Positions 1 through 9,067 of a stretch of DNA of 64,000 bases are shown one piece after another. The notes below the pieces were generated by a model that saw nothing but the letters and a program-made list of their open reading frames with translations, had not been told where the DNA came from and ran no database searches. Position 1 is the first letter of the stretch. The number at the start of each line of letters is the position of its first letter. This stretch comes from Methanomassiliicoccaceae archaeon UBA472. GTDB lineage: Archaea > Thermoplasmatota > Thermoplasmata > Methanomassiliicoccales > UBA472. The position numbers and the translations under genes are program-made. The DNA is taken from positions 276 through 64,275 of the forward strand of contig DAML01000026.1 in the NCBI GenBank assembly GCA_002497075.1, given 5' to 3'.

Positions 1-254
1 GCGGTCGCCACGCCGGTGACCAGGTTGGTAGCCCCCGGTCCGGACGTGGCCAGGCATACACCGGTCTTGTTGGTTGTTCGCGAGTAGCCGTCCGCCATGT
101 GCGCCGCGCACTGCTCGTGACGGACCAAGACGTGGTGGATGCTAGAATCGATAAGCTCATCGTACAACGGGATGGTGACCCCGCCCGGATAACCGAACAT
201 GACGTCAACCCCCTGTCCTTCAAGCAGTTCCAATACGGCCTTGGCACCTTTCAT
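1..254 (-). CDS. ilvB: acetolactate synthase large subunit (TPP enzyme), N-terminal part; gene runs off the window start
   Basis: My own reverse translation from the ATG (rc of cat at 252-254) gives [34 protein letters not shown]...[45 protein letters not shown]. This is the classic AHAS/IlvB N-terminal TPP-domain signature. It is absent from the ORF track because it has no stop inside the window. Confidence 0.8.
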   Translation of the reverse strand, partial: MKGAKAVLELLEGQGVDVMFGYPGGVTIPLYDELIDSSIHHVLVRHEQCAAHMADGYSRTTNKTGVCLATSGPGATNLVTGVAT

Positions 255-460
255 ACACTAATCCCTCATTTTCCGATCAAGGAGGATGGTCGTTAGACCT
301 CCTCTTTCACAAAATAACAACTGCAGTGAGCGATGGCAAAAGCAATGATGTTCTCACACGCGTGTTGTTATGTGACACGGATGGTCTTCATGCCGAGCAA
401 GATATTTAAGAATATCTCAATTCATCACCACCCCTGAGGAACGCTGGGGGACGCCTTAGG

Positions 461-1000
461 ATGACCGTGATGGAAAGACCAGGTATCGGACTGGACATCG
501 TGGAGCTCAAGGACCACGACCAGGGTTGGAAGGACCTCTTTCAGCGGGAGAGGGCGTTCCTTCTTGAGACCCTGGGTCCCCTGGCCAGATCGATAGAGCA
601 TGTGGGAAGCACGGCGGTCCCCGGGATCCGGTCCAAACCGGTGATAGACATCCTGGTCACCGTGGAGAACGTCCGTTTGGAGGAGGTGGAAGGAGCCTTG
701 GGAAAGCTGGGATACATCCACGTTCCGATCGGCGATCCCGAGAGGCTCTTCTTCCGCAAGGGGATGCCTCGCACGCATCATGTGCACGTGGTCCGCCACG
801 GAGGAGAGGAGCATGTCAAACACATCCTTTTCCGGGACCGGCTGCTCGCCCATCCGGAGGAGGCTGCTGCCTACGGTCGGTTGAAGGACGAGCTCGCCCT
901 CCGCTTCAGGGAGGACCGCCAAGCGTATTCCAACGGAAAGGACGAATTCATCGCCATGATACTGGACAGAGCGAAGGATGAGCGGCGGGGAACGATCTAG
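461..1000 (+). CDS. GrpB family protein (nucleotidyltransferase-like)
   Basis: 179 aa. Motifs IEHVGSTAVPGIRSKPVIDILV and HHVHVV...HILFRDRLLAHPEEAAAY are typical of the GrpB/DUF98 family. Confidence 0.85.
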   Translation: MTVMERPGIGLDIVELKDHDQGWKDLFQRERAFLLETLGPLARSIEHVGSTAVPGIRSKPVIDILVTVENVRLEEVEGALGKLGYIHVPIGDPERLFFRKGMPRTHHVHVVRHGGEEHVKHILFRDRLLAHPEEAAAYGRLKDELALRFREDRQAYSNGKDEFIAMILDRAKDERRGTI

Positions 1001-1090
1001 TGCATCGGAAATAGTACGCCAAACTCATATATTGCCAGTAAGCGTTCCCTCCCCGGTCAGGAGAGTGCCCAAACGAACGCCAAGGAATTG

Positions 1091-2335
1091 ATGGAGAACG
1101 GGTCCCGCAGCAAGCTTCTGGAAGATCCGTACGTGAAGAAGGTATGGGACCTGATAATGGGCGAGCCGCTCTTCAAGAAGAGCTCGGCCGAATTGGCGTC
1201 CATCAGGGAATCGCTGCGCCGGGAGTCCCTGCAGTTCTTCGCCAGGCACAGCCCTTATTACGTCGACCTTTTCGAACGGCTGGATATCGATCCGGCCAAG
1301 GCCACGCTGCATGACGTCGCGAAATTGGCCATCCCATCGGACATGCTGCGCGGCGAGGGACAGAAGCGCTTCCTGATCCAGGACATCGAGGAGGGCGGGG
1401 AGACCTTCTCCTCCAGCGGCACCACCGGCAAGGACCCGGTCCGCGTATACCGTTCACCAGTGGACCTGGCCATCATGCTCAAGGCCAACACCGACCTGTT
1501 CGAGCACGTATACGGGGATGTTCTGAAACAGGGAGAGGGTGTCGCCCTCTTCATGGCCGCTCCCGAGCTCCGCTACAAGCTGAGCTTCGTGGCCTTCGTA
1601 GACCTGACGTTGGACAAAAAGGGCATAGAGCTGCTGTACGGCATGGACCTGGAGGACAAGTCGCAGGCCGGGACGCCCTGGCAGAAGCTGACCACCAACA
1701 AGGAGAACTTGTTGAAGTTCCTGAAGTCGAAAAAGGAACCGAAGCTGTTCTTCACCGCTCCGGCCGGAGTGCATATCCTGGGCCAGAAGTTCGAGACCAT
1801 GGGCTTCGGCAAGAAGTTGGCATATAAGCTGGCCTCGGGAGCGCCGCCGATCAAACTGGGCAAGGGCGGCATCGTGGTAACTGGCGGAGGAAGCAAGGGC
1901 TTCGCCGACCTTCCGGAATATCCGCAGCTGGTCTCCGACGCGCAGAAGCATTTCATCAGCAAGGACGTCCAAGGAACGCAGATCGACACCCCGTTCATGG
2001 ACGTGCTGGGAATGACGGAGACGCTCACCGCCCTCATCGACCGCTACGGCGTCATGGACAAGGTGCCCCATCCATTGGCCGAGGCGTTCCTGCTGGACCC
2101 CATGACCTTCGAGCCGATCGAGGAGGAGGGAAGGGAAGGCATACTGGGGATATTCAATCCGTTCACGACATCCTGGCTGGAGGTGTTCTATCCAGGAGAC
2201 ATAATGACCTGTCATTCCTCCAAGGGATTCTACGGCAAGGAGTTCGTCTATAAGCGCCGTTTGAGCGTGAAGGAAGGCTGGGACCTGCAGCGGGCCTGCG
2301 GCGGCACCCTGGAAGAGATGATGACCAAGCAGTAG
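1091..2335 (+). CDS. adenylate-forming acyl-protein synthetase / CoA ligase (LuxE / PaaK-like)
   Basis: About 414 aa with the AMP-forming P-loop-like motif FSSSGTTGKDPVRVY. Its position directly upstream of a LuxC-like reductase supports a LuxE-type call. The ATG at 1091 is preferred over the TTG at 1088. Confidence 0.65.
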   Translation: MENGSRSKLLEDPYVKKVWDLIMGEPLFKKSSAELASIRESLRRESLQFFARHSPYYVDLFERLDIDPAKATLHDVAKLAIPSDMLRGEGQKRFLIQDIEEGGETFSSSGTTGKDPVRVYRSPVDLAIMLKANTDLFEHVYGDVLKQGEGVALFMAAPELRYKLSFVAFVDLTLDKKGIELLYGMDLEDKSQAGTPWQKLTTNKENLLKFLKSKKEPKLFFTAPAGVHILGQKFETMGFGKKLAYKLASGAPPIKLGKGGIVVTGGGSKGFADLPEYPQLVSDAQKHFISKDVQGTQIDTPFMDVLGMTETLTALIDRYGVMDKVPHPLAEAFLLDPMTFEPIEEEGREGILGIFNPFTTSWLEVFYPGDIMTCHSSKGFYGKEFVYKRRLSVKEGWDLQRACGGTLEEMMTKQ

Positions 2336-2367
2336 GCGCATGTTTATTTTCCGGGAAGGGCATCCAG

Positions 2368-3840
2368 GTGGCCATGTGTCCCGCCCTGGCCCCGCTGCTG
2401 TTCGATCGTGCCCTAGAAACGGTGCCCTCCTCCGGGAACTCGGAGGTGCTCGAGCTCTCCCCTTCGGCATTGCGGGAGCTGGTGTCGTCCGCGGGAAAGG
2501 TGCAGGCCGAGCTTTCGTCCATCCCCATCGATGAGAGGCTGCAGGTCATCGAACACATCGCGCGCAGATGGAAGCAGAAGCTGGACAACGGGGACTTTGA
2601 GGAACTGAAGAAGGACATGTCCGCCTCCACCGGGTATTCGCCAGCGTTAATGGAGACCGAGCTGTCGTTCGTGCCGGCGGTGCTGGGCGCTGCGAACATA
2701 CGCAAGAACCTGGACGCCTCGGTGCAGGGAGGCGCGGACGCCCTATACAAGTTCGTGGAGGTGGACGAGACGGAGATGTTCCGCCACGTGCCGGTGGGAC
2801 CGGTCCTGATCATCAGCTCCGGGAACTCCATCGTGCCCACGCTGATCCCTACCGTGGTCTCCCTGGTGACCGGGAACCTCACCATACTGAAACCTTCGAT
2901 AGCCAACTACCGCGGGGTCTGCGAGGTCTTCAAGCTGCTGGCGGACGTCCCCGATTCCCGGGCGGCAAGGGCTGTCCGCTCCGCATTGATCGTCTCTTAC
3001 TTCGGGCACGACTCACCCTCCTTGAAGCTCGCCCTGGAAGAGCTGCCGATGGGCATGATCAACTTCTGGGGCGCCGAACCGGCCCGTACCGTCGTGGCCA
3101 ACATGGTCGGGAAGAACCGGAACCACCCGCGCTTCTTCGTCAACGGCCCGTTCACCGGCATGGCGATCGTCGAGGAAGGCGTTGAGATCTTGCAGGCGGC
3201 GGACGACCTGGCCTTGGACGTCGTTCTTTACGACCAGCAGCTGTGCTCCTCGCCCACCACCGGGGTCTTCATCGGAAGTTACGATAAGGCGAAGGAGTTC
3301 CTGAAGGCCGCCGGAGAGCGCCTGGACGAGACGGGGAACGAGTTTCCCCTGACGCCGGACCAGGACCGTCTGTTCATTCTGCAGGGCGCCCGCCGCTTCA
3401 TCCAGACGGACGGAGGGATGGTGCTCTCCTCGAAGGATCCGGAGAACCCCTGGACCCTGGTGCTTTCCAAGGGGAACAGCTCCCTTGTCAACCTTACGGC
3501 ACAGTTCCCGACGTTCAACCTTTTCGCCAGAAGGCGCTTCCTGGAGATGGTGGTGGTTCCGGACGCGGAGAGCGCCTTGCGGTTGCTGAGGTCCCTGCCG
3601 GAGCATCCGGCCTTCAAGGGCATCGACGGAGTGCAGAGCGTTGGATTGGCAGTTACAGAGGCGTCTCGCGATCTTATCGTCAGCAAGCTGATAGGCGCCG
3701 GGGTGCACAGGATACTTCCCTTGGGCGATATGTTCATGCGCGGAGCCGTCGAGCCTTACGATGGGGTGACGATGTCGTCCCTGTTCACCCGCATCGTGTA
3801 CTGGCGCAAAACCAACGCCGCCCTGGAGGGGCAGCTTTGA
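2368..3840 (+). CDS. LuxC-like acyl-CoA/acyl-protein reductase (aldehyde dehydrogenase superfamily)
   Basis: 490 aa. The length and the ALDH-like core (PVGPVLIISSGNSIVPTLIPTVVSLVTGNLTILKPS, DQQLCSSPT with a candidate catalytic Cys) resemble LuxC family reductases. It is paired with the LuxE-like gene 32 nt upstream. Confidence 0.65.
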   Translation: MAMCPALAPLLFDRALETVPSSGNSEVLELSPSALRELVSSAGKVQAELSSIPIDERLQVIEHIARRWKQKLDNGDFEELKKDMSASTGYSPALMETELSFVPAVLGAANIRKNLDASVQGGADALYKFVEVDETEMFRHVPVGPVLIISSGNSIVPTLIPTVVSLVTGNLTILKPSIANYRGVCEVFKLLADVPDSRAARAVRSALIVSYFGHDSPSLKLALEELPMGMINFWGAEPARTVVANMVGKNRNHPRFFVNGPFTGMAIVEEGVEILQAADDLALDVVLYDQQLCSSPTTGVFIGSYDKAKEFLKAAGERLDETGNEFPLTPDQDRLFILQGARRFIQTDGGMVLSSKDPENPWTLVLSKGNSSLVNLTAQFPTFNLFARRRFLEMVVVPDAESALRLLRSLPEHPAFKGIDGVQSVGLAVTEASRDLIVSKLIGAGVHRILPLGDMFMRGAVEPYDGVTMSSLFTRIVYWRKTNAALEGQL

Positions 3841-4814
3841 GAGTGCTGGTCACCGGAGCCACCGGATTCCTGGGCGGGCACCTGATAGAGGAGATGGCAA
3901 GGGGACCTCACGTTCCGATCTGCGCCCACCGCAAGGGAAGCGACACCGGGAAGATCGACGCCCTGGGGCTGGAGAAGGCGGTGTTCGACCTCACCGACCG
4001 CGATTCCATGCTTCAAGCGTTGAAGGGCGTGGACGCCGTGGTGCACCTGGCCGCGTACTACACCTTCACCGGAAAGAAGGAGACGTACGACAAGGTCAAC
4101 GTGAAGGGGACGGGGGACCTTCTCGAAGCGTGCAAGGAGGCGGGCGTGAGGCGCTTCCTGTACTGCAGCAGCACCGAGGCCATGGGGCCGATAGCGTCCC
4201 CGCCGGGGGACGAGGATTCGCCGCTCAACCCGCAGTACGAGTACGGCCGTTCCAAGGCCGGAGCGGAGGAGCTGGTGAGATCGTCCGGCCTGGATTGGAC
4301 CATCCTGCGTCCCTCGGGCATATACGGCCCGAGCAACGTGGACGACGTGGCGTACTACTTCATCACCTCCTTCAAAGGATTCGCCTCCAAGTTCATCATC
4401 GGTTCCGGGAAGAACTACATCCAGTTCGTGCACGTGAAGGACGTGGTGCAGGGATTCGTGAAGGCTTTGGACAGCCCGGCTTCCATCAAAGGGACCTACA
4501 TCATCACCCAGGCCCGGCCGTACACCTACGAGGAGGTGTACCGCGTCCTGGCGGACATATTCCAGAAGAAAGAGCCCCGGTGGCGAGTATCGAGATCGCT
4601 GGCCAAGCTGATGATGCTGCCCATCGAAGGCGTCAGCCTCCTCATCGGCAGGGAGAACTTCCTCTACCGCCGGGAGACCGTGGAGAGCGTGACCAGCGAT
4701 AGGGCGTTCAGCATCGACCGGGCCCGGCGGGACCTCGGTTACGAACCGGTTTACGACCTTCCGGAAGGCATGGCGGAGACGGTGGCCTGGTACCGGGAGA
4801 ACGGCTACCTCTGA
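3837..4814 (+). CDS. NAD-dependent epimerase/dehydratase family (extended SDR) protein
   Basis: N-terminal Rossmann motif VLVTGATGFLGGHL and the YxxxK motif (YGRSKAGAE). The start (TTG 3837 or GTG 3843) overlaps the stop of the upstream gene. Confidence 0.85.
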   Translation: MRVLVTGATGFLGGHLIEEMARGPHVPICAHRKGSDTGKIDALGLEKAVFDLTDRDSMLQALKGVDAVVHLAAYYTFTGKKETYDKVNVKGTGDLLEACKEAGVRRFLYCSSTEAMGPIASPPGDEDSPLNPQYEYGRSKAGAEELVRSSGLDWTILRPSGIYGPSNVDDVAYYFITSFKGFASKFIIGSGKNYIQFVHVKDVVQGFVKALDSPASIKGTYIITQARPYTYEEVYRVLADIFQKKEPRWRVSRSLAKLMMLPIEGVSLLIGRENFLYRRETVESVTSDRAFSIDRARRDLGYEPVYDLPEGMAETVAWYRENGYL

Positions 4815-4859
4815 GCAACAATTAAATGCGCTCTCCGTTTTAACCGTCCCGGTGAGTGG

Positions 4860-5813
4860 ATGGAGAAGACGCTGTACCGCACCCTGCTGAATATGCTGAG
4901 GATCAGCTACACACTGCCTTTTGTCATGGCCTCGGTGACCGGGGCGGCGTTCGCGCTAACGGTTTGCGACGAATGGCTGCTGGCCGTCCTCATTCCCCTG
5001 GACGTTTTCTTCTTCGCCCTTTTCGCCAATCTCAGCAACGATTACTTCGATCACAAGAGCGGCACCGACGCCACCCGCTTCGACTTCATGACCGCCGAGA
5101 GCAAGGAGGCGATCAAGGAGCTTTACGACGAGCGCATCTACTGGGAGGGCAACATCTTCGACAAGGGCGACGTGAGCGAGAGGACCGGCAAGATCGTGCT
5201 TGCCTTCATACTCGCCATGGCGCTGCTGACCGCCATACCGATCATAATGCACGGCGGCTGGCTCGTTATCGCGTTAGGCGCCATCGGTCTTTTCTTAGCG
5301 TACTTCTACACCGCCCCCCCGTTGAACCTGGGGGCGCGCGGCCTGGGCGAGCTGGACGTCGGGACCTCGTTCTTCATGATGTCCTTCTTCACCTACTACG
5401 TCATAAGGCCGGAGTGGTCCTGGCAGATGTTCCTGATCGCTCTCATCGTTGGAACTTCCGTCCTTCTGATGCGTTTCGTGGACCAGATGTCCGGGTACGA
5501 GGCGCACCTGAAGGGCGGGGAAAAGGACTGGACGGTAAGACTGGGGCTGGAGAGGGCGGTGGGCGCGGTCGGCATCGTCCTGCTCATCATCCACGCCATG
5601 CATCTGGGCCTGGTCTACTTCCACCCGGTGTTCCTGATACTTCTGCTCACCATACCCATGGGAAGGAAGCTGACGAAGGGGCTTCACGATAAGAACGATG
5701 GCCTGCGGTTCATCCGGCCGGCCCCGCAGATAGTGAAGATGGTGATCTTCAGCGAACTGCTCATCGTCATTTCGTTGACAGTCCAAAACGCCCTGCCATG
5801 GACAGTATGGTAG
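4860..5813 (+). CDS. UbiA-superfamily prenyltransferase, MenA-like
   Basis: 317 aa polytopic membrane protein. The first Asp-rich motif NLSNDYFDHKSGTD and the second motif region FVDQMSGYEAHLKGGEKDWTVRLG resemble 1,4-dihydroxy-2-naphthoate prenyltransferase. Confidence 0.8.
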   Translation: MEKTLYRTLLNMLRISYTLPFVMASVTGAAFALTVCDEWLLAVLIPLDVFFFALFANLSNDYFDHKSGTDATRFDFMTAESKEAIKELYDERIYWEGNIFDKGDVSERTGKIVLAFILAMALLTAIPIIMHGGWLVIALGAIGLFLAYFYTAPPLNLGARGLGELDVGTSFFMMSFFTYYVIRPEWSWQMFLIALIVGTSVLLMRFVDQMSGYEAHLKGGEKDWTVRLGLERAVGAVGIVLLIIHAMHLGLVYFHPVFLILLLTIPMGRKLTKGLHDKNDGLRFIRPAPQIVKMVIFSELLIVISLTVQNALPWTVW

Positions 5814-6693
5814 TGATGCTGCCCCTGGTTATCAGCGAATATTCGCGCACGGCGTTGAAGCCGCAGCGCTTGCACGATTCCCCCTTCATCGGGCAGCCAT
5901 AGACCTTGCTGCGGTCCGGGAGAACGAACTCCGAGGCCCAGAACGGGCATCTGCACGAATAGTCCTCGATGAGAAGCTCCTTCAGCGCCTTCTTGGAGTT
6001 CAGAATAGGGTAGCCTTCCTTCTTTAGGGCCACGATCTCCTCCACCACCTTGCGCTTCTCCTCGATGCTCAGCACTTTGGCGTCCGGCGGCGGAGTGAGG
6101 AAGTTGATCATCAGGCCGTTGATGCGCGGATCATCCTTGACGATCTGCGCCGTCTCCCGGATGAGGTGCTTGTTATCCGGCATGACCACCATGTTGGCGA
6201 AGACGTTGGGGTGGTCCACCTTCGAGAGGTTCTCCATCATCTTATCGAAAACACCTTTGCACCGGATGGCGTCGTGCGTCTCCCGCGGCCCGTCCAAGGA
6301 GACGGATATGACGTCGCTCTCCGGATAGAACACGTTCGTCCCGTTGGTCGTGTATCCGGTCACGAAGAAGCCGATCTCCTTTCCGGCCTTGATGAGGTCC
6401 AGCAGCGTGCGTTCCCCGTCGCTCCAGCTGGTAGGTTCCCCGCCCTCGAAGAACAGCACCCGGGCCCCTCGCTCGTAGGAGGCCTTCATCTCCTCCACCG
6501 CCACTTCGTAAGATATCTTGTGCGGTTGCGGTATGGATGGCAGGGTCTCTGCTATCTGGCAGTGCTGGCACCTGAGGTTGCACTGGTAGGTTATGATCAT
6601 CGTTGTGGCCAGTGGCTTCTTGAACCCCAGCAATTCCTTGAGGAACCAGATGCCGTAATAGGCGGTCTGGCCGACGGTCCTCGCGACGCCCAT
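5767..6693 (-). CDS. radical SAM protein with Cys-rich C-terminal (SPASM-like) region
   Basis: CxxxCxxC motif CNLRCQHCQ and GGEP motif FFEGGEPT. The C-terminal cysteines are CRCPFW...GCPMKGESCKRCGFN. I chose the ATG at 6693 (GAGGTG just upstream); the ORF is open back to 6807. The 3' end overlaps the convergent prenyltransferase gene by 47 nt. Confidence 0.8.
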   Translation of the reverse strand: MGVARTVGQTAYYGIWFLKELLGFKKPLATTMIITYQCNLRCQHCQIAETLPSIPQPHKISYEVAVEEMKASYERGARVLFFEGGEPTSWSDGERTLLDLIKAGKEIGFFVTGYTTNGTNVFYPESDVISVSLDGPRETHDAIRCKGVFDKMMENLSKVDHPNVFANMVVMPDNKHLIRETAQIVKDDPRINGLMINFLTPPPDAKVLSIEEKRKVVEEIVALKKEGYPILNSKKALKELLIEDYSCRCPFWASEFVLPDRSKVYGCPMKGESCKRCGFNAVREYSLITRGSITTILSMAGRFGLSTK

Positions 6694-6898
6694 GCCCACC
6701 TCATCCCCACCCGGATATTTCAATTGTGGCCGGCACTCGTTCGGTGCCTGTGTATTCTTTGATAAGAAAGGTCTGGCTCGATGTGGCTCGTTCGTTCCTT
6801 CGTTCATCCAGACATTATTTTTGATTGTTTACAATTTTGATAATCATTAAATACAGGCCAACCAGATTTATCTTAAACGACTTTATGGGAGTGATTCA

Positions 6899-7156
6899 AT
6901 GGCAAGCTTGAAGTTAGAGATAATGGACAAGATCGTGGCCTTGATGACCGCGGCCTTCGGTTTCGTCGCTGCGCTGGCCTGGAACGAGGCAATCTCAACT
7001 TTGATGGTTCAATGGTTGGGTGAGGGCGATGATCAGGTATTGGGTCTGCTCATATACGCTGTGATCGTCACCATCGTGGCAGTGATCGCCATCGTCCTGA
7101 TATCCAGGGTGTACGGCAAGATCAAAGCCAAGGAAGAGGCCAAGGAGAAGAAGTAG
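6899..7156 (+). CDS. small two-TM membrane protein with Lys/Glu tail (DUF5654-like)
   Basis: 85 aa with two hydrophobic helices (IVALMTAAFGFVAALAW and GLLIYAVIVTIVAVIAIVLI). GGAGTG precedes the ATG, and the gene sits after an AT-rich divergent promoter region. Confidence 0.6.
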   Translation: MASLKLEIMDKIVALMTAAFGFVAALAWNEAISTLMVQWLGEGDDQVLGLLIYAVIVTIVAVIAIVLISRVYGKIKAKEEAKEKK

Positions 7157-7275
7157 GCCTTTTTCACAAACCCTTTAATCTCTTCCTTTTTTATGATGTT
7201 TCCACTATTGTTCTCGTCGCACCAAAACGATGATAACCGCCCTTGGCTATCCTGAAAACGTACAGGAGGCTTCGC

Positions 7276-8289
7276 ATGAAGGTCAAGGTAGGGATCAACG
7301 GCTATGGCACGATAGGCAAGAGAGTGGCTTGGGCTGTGAACAGGCAAGACGACATGGAGGTCGTCGGGGTCACCAAAACGCGTCCCTCGTACGAGGCTTC
7401 CACTGCCATACGGGAGGGTTGCCCGCTCTACGCGGCACACGCCGAGGACGTTGATAACTTCGAGAAAGCCGGGATCAAGGTCCAGGGGACATTAGACGAT
7501 CTGCTGAAGAAGGTCGATGTCATCGTGGATTGCACCCCTGGTGGTATTGGAGCAAAGAACAAGGAGCTGTACGACAAGGCCGGGGTCAGGTCCATATTCC
7601 AGGGAGGGGAGGACCATGCCATGGCCGGGATATCCTTCAACGCCCTAGCCAACTACCAGGAGGCGTGGGGAGCGTCTTCCGCCCGGGTCGTCTCCTGCAA
7701 CACTACCGGACTGGTCAGGACGCTGTTCCCATTGCAGCAGGCCTTCGGTATCCAGAAGGTGTTCGCGTCCTTGATACGCCGCGGCGCCGATCCGGCCGAT
7801 AAGAAAGGCGCCGCGCTCAATGCTATCGAGCCATCGCTCAAGTTGCCGACCCATCACGGTCCGGACGTCAAGACGGTCATGCACGGGCTGGACATCCAGA
7901 CCATGGCCGTGGTGACGCCGACCACCCTGATGCATCTGCACTGCATCGTGGTCGACCTGAAGAAGGAGGTCAGTGAGAAGGAGGTCCTTGAGGTCTGGTC
8001 GAGATCTCCGCGACTGCAGCTCGTTTCCGGAAAGGATGGGATCAAGAACACCGGCCAGATAATGGAGCTGGCCAAGGACCTGCACCGGGTCCGCGGGGAC
8101 CTGATGGACATCGCCGTATGGAAGGACGGCATCAGGACCATCGGTTCCACCCTGTACTACTATCAGGCGGTGCATCAGGAGAGCGACGTGGTCCCGGAGA
8201 ACGTGGACTGCATACGGGCCATGATGAAGCTGGAGAAGGACAACCTGGCCTCCATCGAGCGGACCAACAAGGCCATCGGCCTCCACTGA
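7276..8289 (+). CDS. gap: type II (archaeal) glyceraldehyde-3-phosphate dehydrogenase
   Basis: MKVKVGINGYGTIGKRVAWAV, the catalytic region VVSCNTTGL and the length match archaeal GAPDH. GGAGG lies 6 nt upstream of the ATG at 7276. Confidence 0.95.
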   Translation: MKVKVGINGYGTIGKRVAWAVNRQDDMEVVGVTKTRPSYEASTAIREGCPLYAAHAEDVDNFEKAGIKVQGTLDDLLKKVDVIVDCTPGGIGAKNKELYDKAGVRSIFQGGEDHAMAGISFNALANYQEAWGASSARVVSCNTTGLVRTLFPLQQAFGIQKVFASLIRRGADPADKKGAALNAIEPSLKLPTHHGPDVKTVMHGLDIQTMAVVTPTTLMHLHCIVVDLKKEVSEKEVLEVWSRSPRLQLVSGKDGIKNTGQIMELAKDLHRVRGDLMDIAVWKDGIRTIGSTLYYYQAVHQESDVVPENVDCIRAMMKLEKDNLASIERTNKAIGLH

Positions 8290-8290
8290 T

Positions 8291-8319
8291 CTTTTTCAGG
8301 AGGGCTGAGAAGCCCTCCT
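8291..8319. terminator. T-tract plus perfect hairpin between convergent genes
   Basis: cttttt sits directly after the gap stop. It is followed by AGGAGGGCT-gaga-AGCCCTCCT (8298-8319), a 9-bp perfect inverted repeat abutting the stop of the convergent permease gene. Confidence 0.4.
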
Positions 8320-9041
8320 CATAACCCTTTCAGGGACTTCCTCTTCAGTATGTAATTGGCGGTCAGCAGGAAGACCACGGTGAATATCATCAACATCAAC
8401 AGGTCCAGGACCAACGGTAAGGCGCCACCGTTCCCCAGGGCGTGGTTGAACCCGTCCACCAGATAGGTCAGCGGGGAGAGCATGGTGACGATGCGGGCGG
8501 TCCCGGTCATCTCCGCCAACGGCACGAAGATGCCGCTGATGAAAATGAGCGGGAAGCGGACCAGAGCCGCCAACATCATGATGTTGCTGGGCACCGGACC
8601 GGCCGGAGATGACAGCAGCACGCCCAGGGCGGCAAAGCACAGATTGCCCAGTATGAACAGCAGTGGAATGGCCACGACCGCCATTAGGGTTATGGGGAAG
8701 GGCAGGAGCAACGCTCCGGCGGCAAATATCACCAGACTTATAATTAGACCGAACCCGGCCCCGGCGATGGTATCCCCCAGCACCAGTATCGGGATGCTCA
8801 CCGGAAGCGACAGCAGACGTTCGAACGTACCGGCCTGCTTCTCCCAGGGGATGATGAGCGGCCCGACCGAGGAGGCGGTGAAGAACAGGGCCATGGCCAG
8901 GAACCCGGGGTAATACTTCTCCATGTCCAACTGCCTTCCCACGAAGAAGGCGAAGAACAGGAAGGTCGGCAATATCAGGCCGAAGATGAACACCGGGGGC
9001 TTCTTGTAATAGATCTTGATGTCCTTGACCGCGGTGGCCAT
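8319..9041 (-). CDS. ABC-2 type transporter permease
   Basis: About 240 aa, six-TM profile, immediately downstream of the ABC ATPase. An alternative GTG start at 9071 overlaps the ATPase stop. Confidence 0.8.
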   Translation of the reverse strand: MATAVKDIKIYYKKPPVFIFGLILPTFLFFAFFVGRQLDMEKYYPGFLAMALFFTASSVGPLIIPWEKQAGTFERLLSLPVSIPILVLGDTIAGAGFGLIISLVIFAAGALLLPFPITLMAVVAIPLLFILGNLCFAALGVLLSSPAGPVPSNIMMLAALVRFPLIFISGIFVPLAEMTGTARIVTMLSPLTYLVDGFNHALGNGGALPLVLDLLMLMIFTVVFLLTANYILKRKSLKGL

Positions 9042-9067
9042 GACCCCTCGGACCACGATCTTCAGGT

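Noticed and set aside
380-420. Inverted repeat GATATT-taag-AATATC in the ilvB/grpB divergent intergenic region.
   Set aside because: It is short (6 bp arms) and coincides with a TATA-like AT-rich box. This is insufficient to call an operator without comparative data.
998-2335. Possible in-frame TAG (pyrrolysine) read-through, given the Methanomassiliicoccales-like context. TAG stops occur at 998-1000, 2333-2335, 11449-11451 and 12663-12665.
   Set aside because: Downstream sequence in the same frame hits further stops quickly or changes frame relative to the next gene. No methylamine methyltransferase-like gene is present. TAG appears to be used as an ordinary stop here.
1454-2470. Long antisense or alternative-frame ORFs throughout the window. 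Examples are 1454-2470(-), 15667-17025(+), 27045-28682(+), 56207-57472(-), 59749-60945(-) and 62899-63777(-).
   Set aside because: Each lies opposite or out of frame to an ORF with clear family motifs. Their translations are Arg/Pro/Gly/His/Leu-rich low-complexity strings with no motifs. This is the expected stop-codon-poor shadow of roughly 60% GC coding sequence.
4856-5692. A 278-aa alternative-frame ORF inside the prenyltransferase gene.
   Set aside because: It is Arg/Gly/His-rich with no hydrophobic segments. The overlapping frame encodes a coherent multi-TM UbiA-family protein with both Asp-rich motifs.
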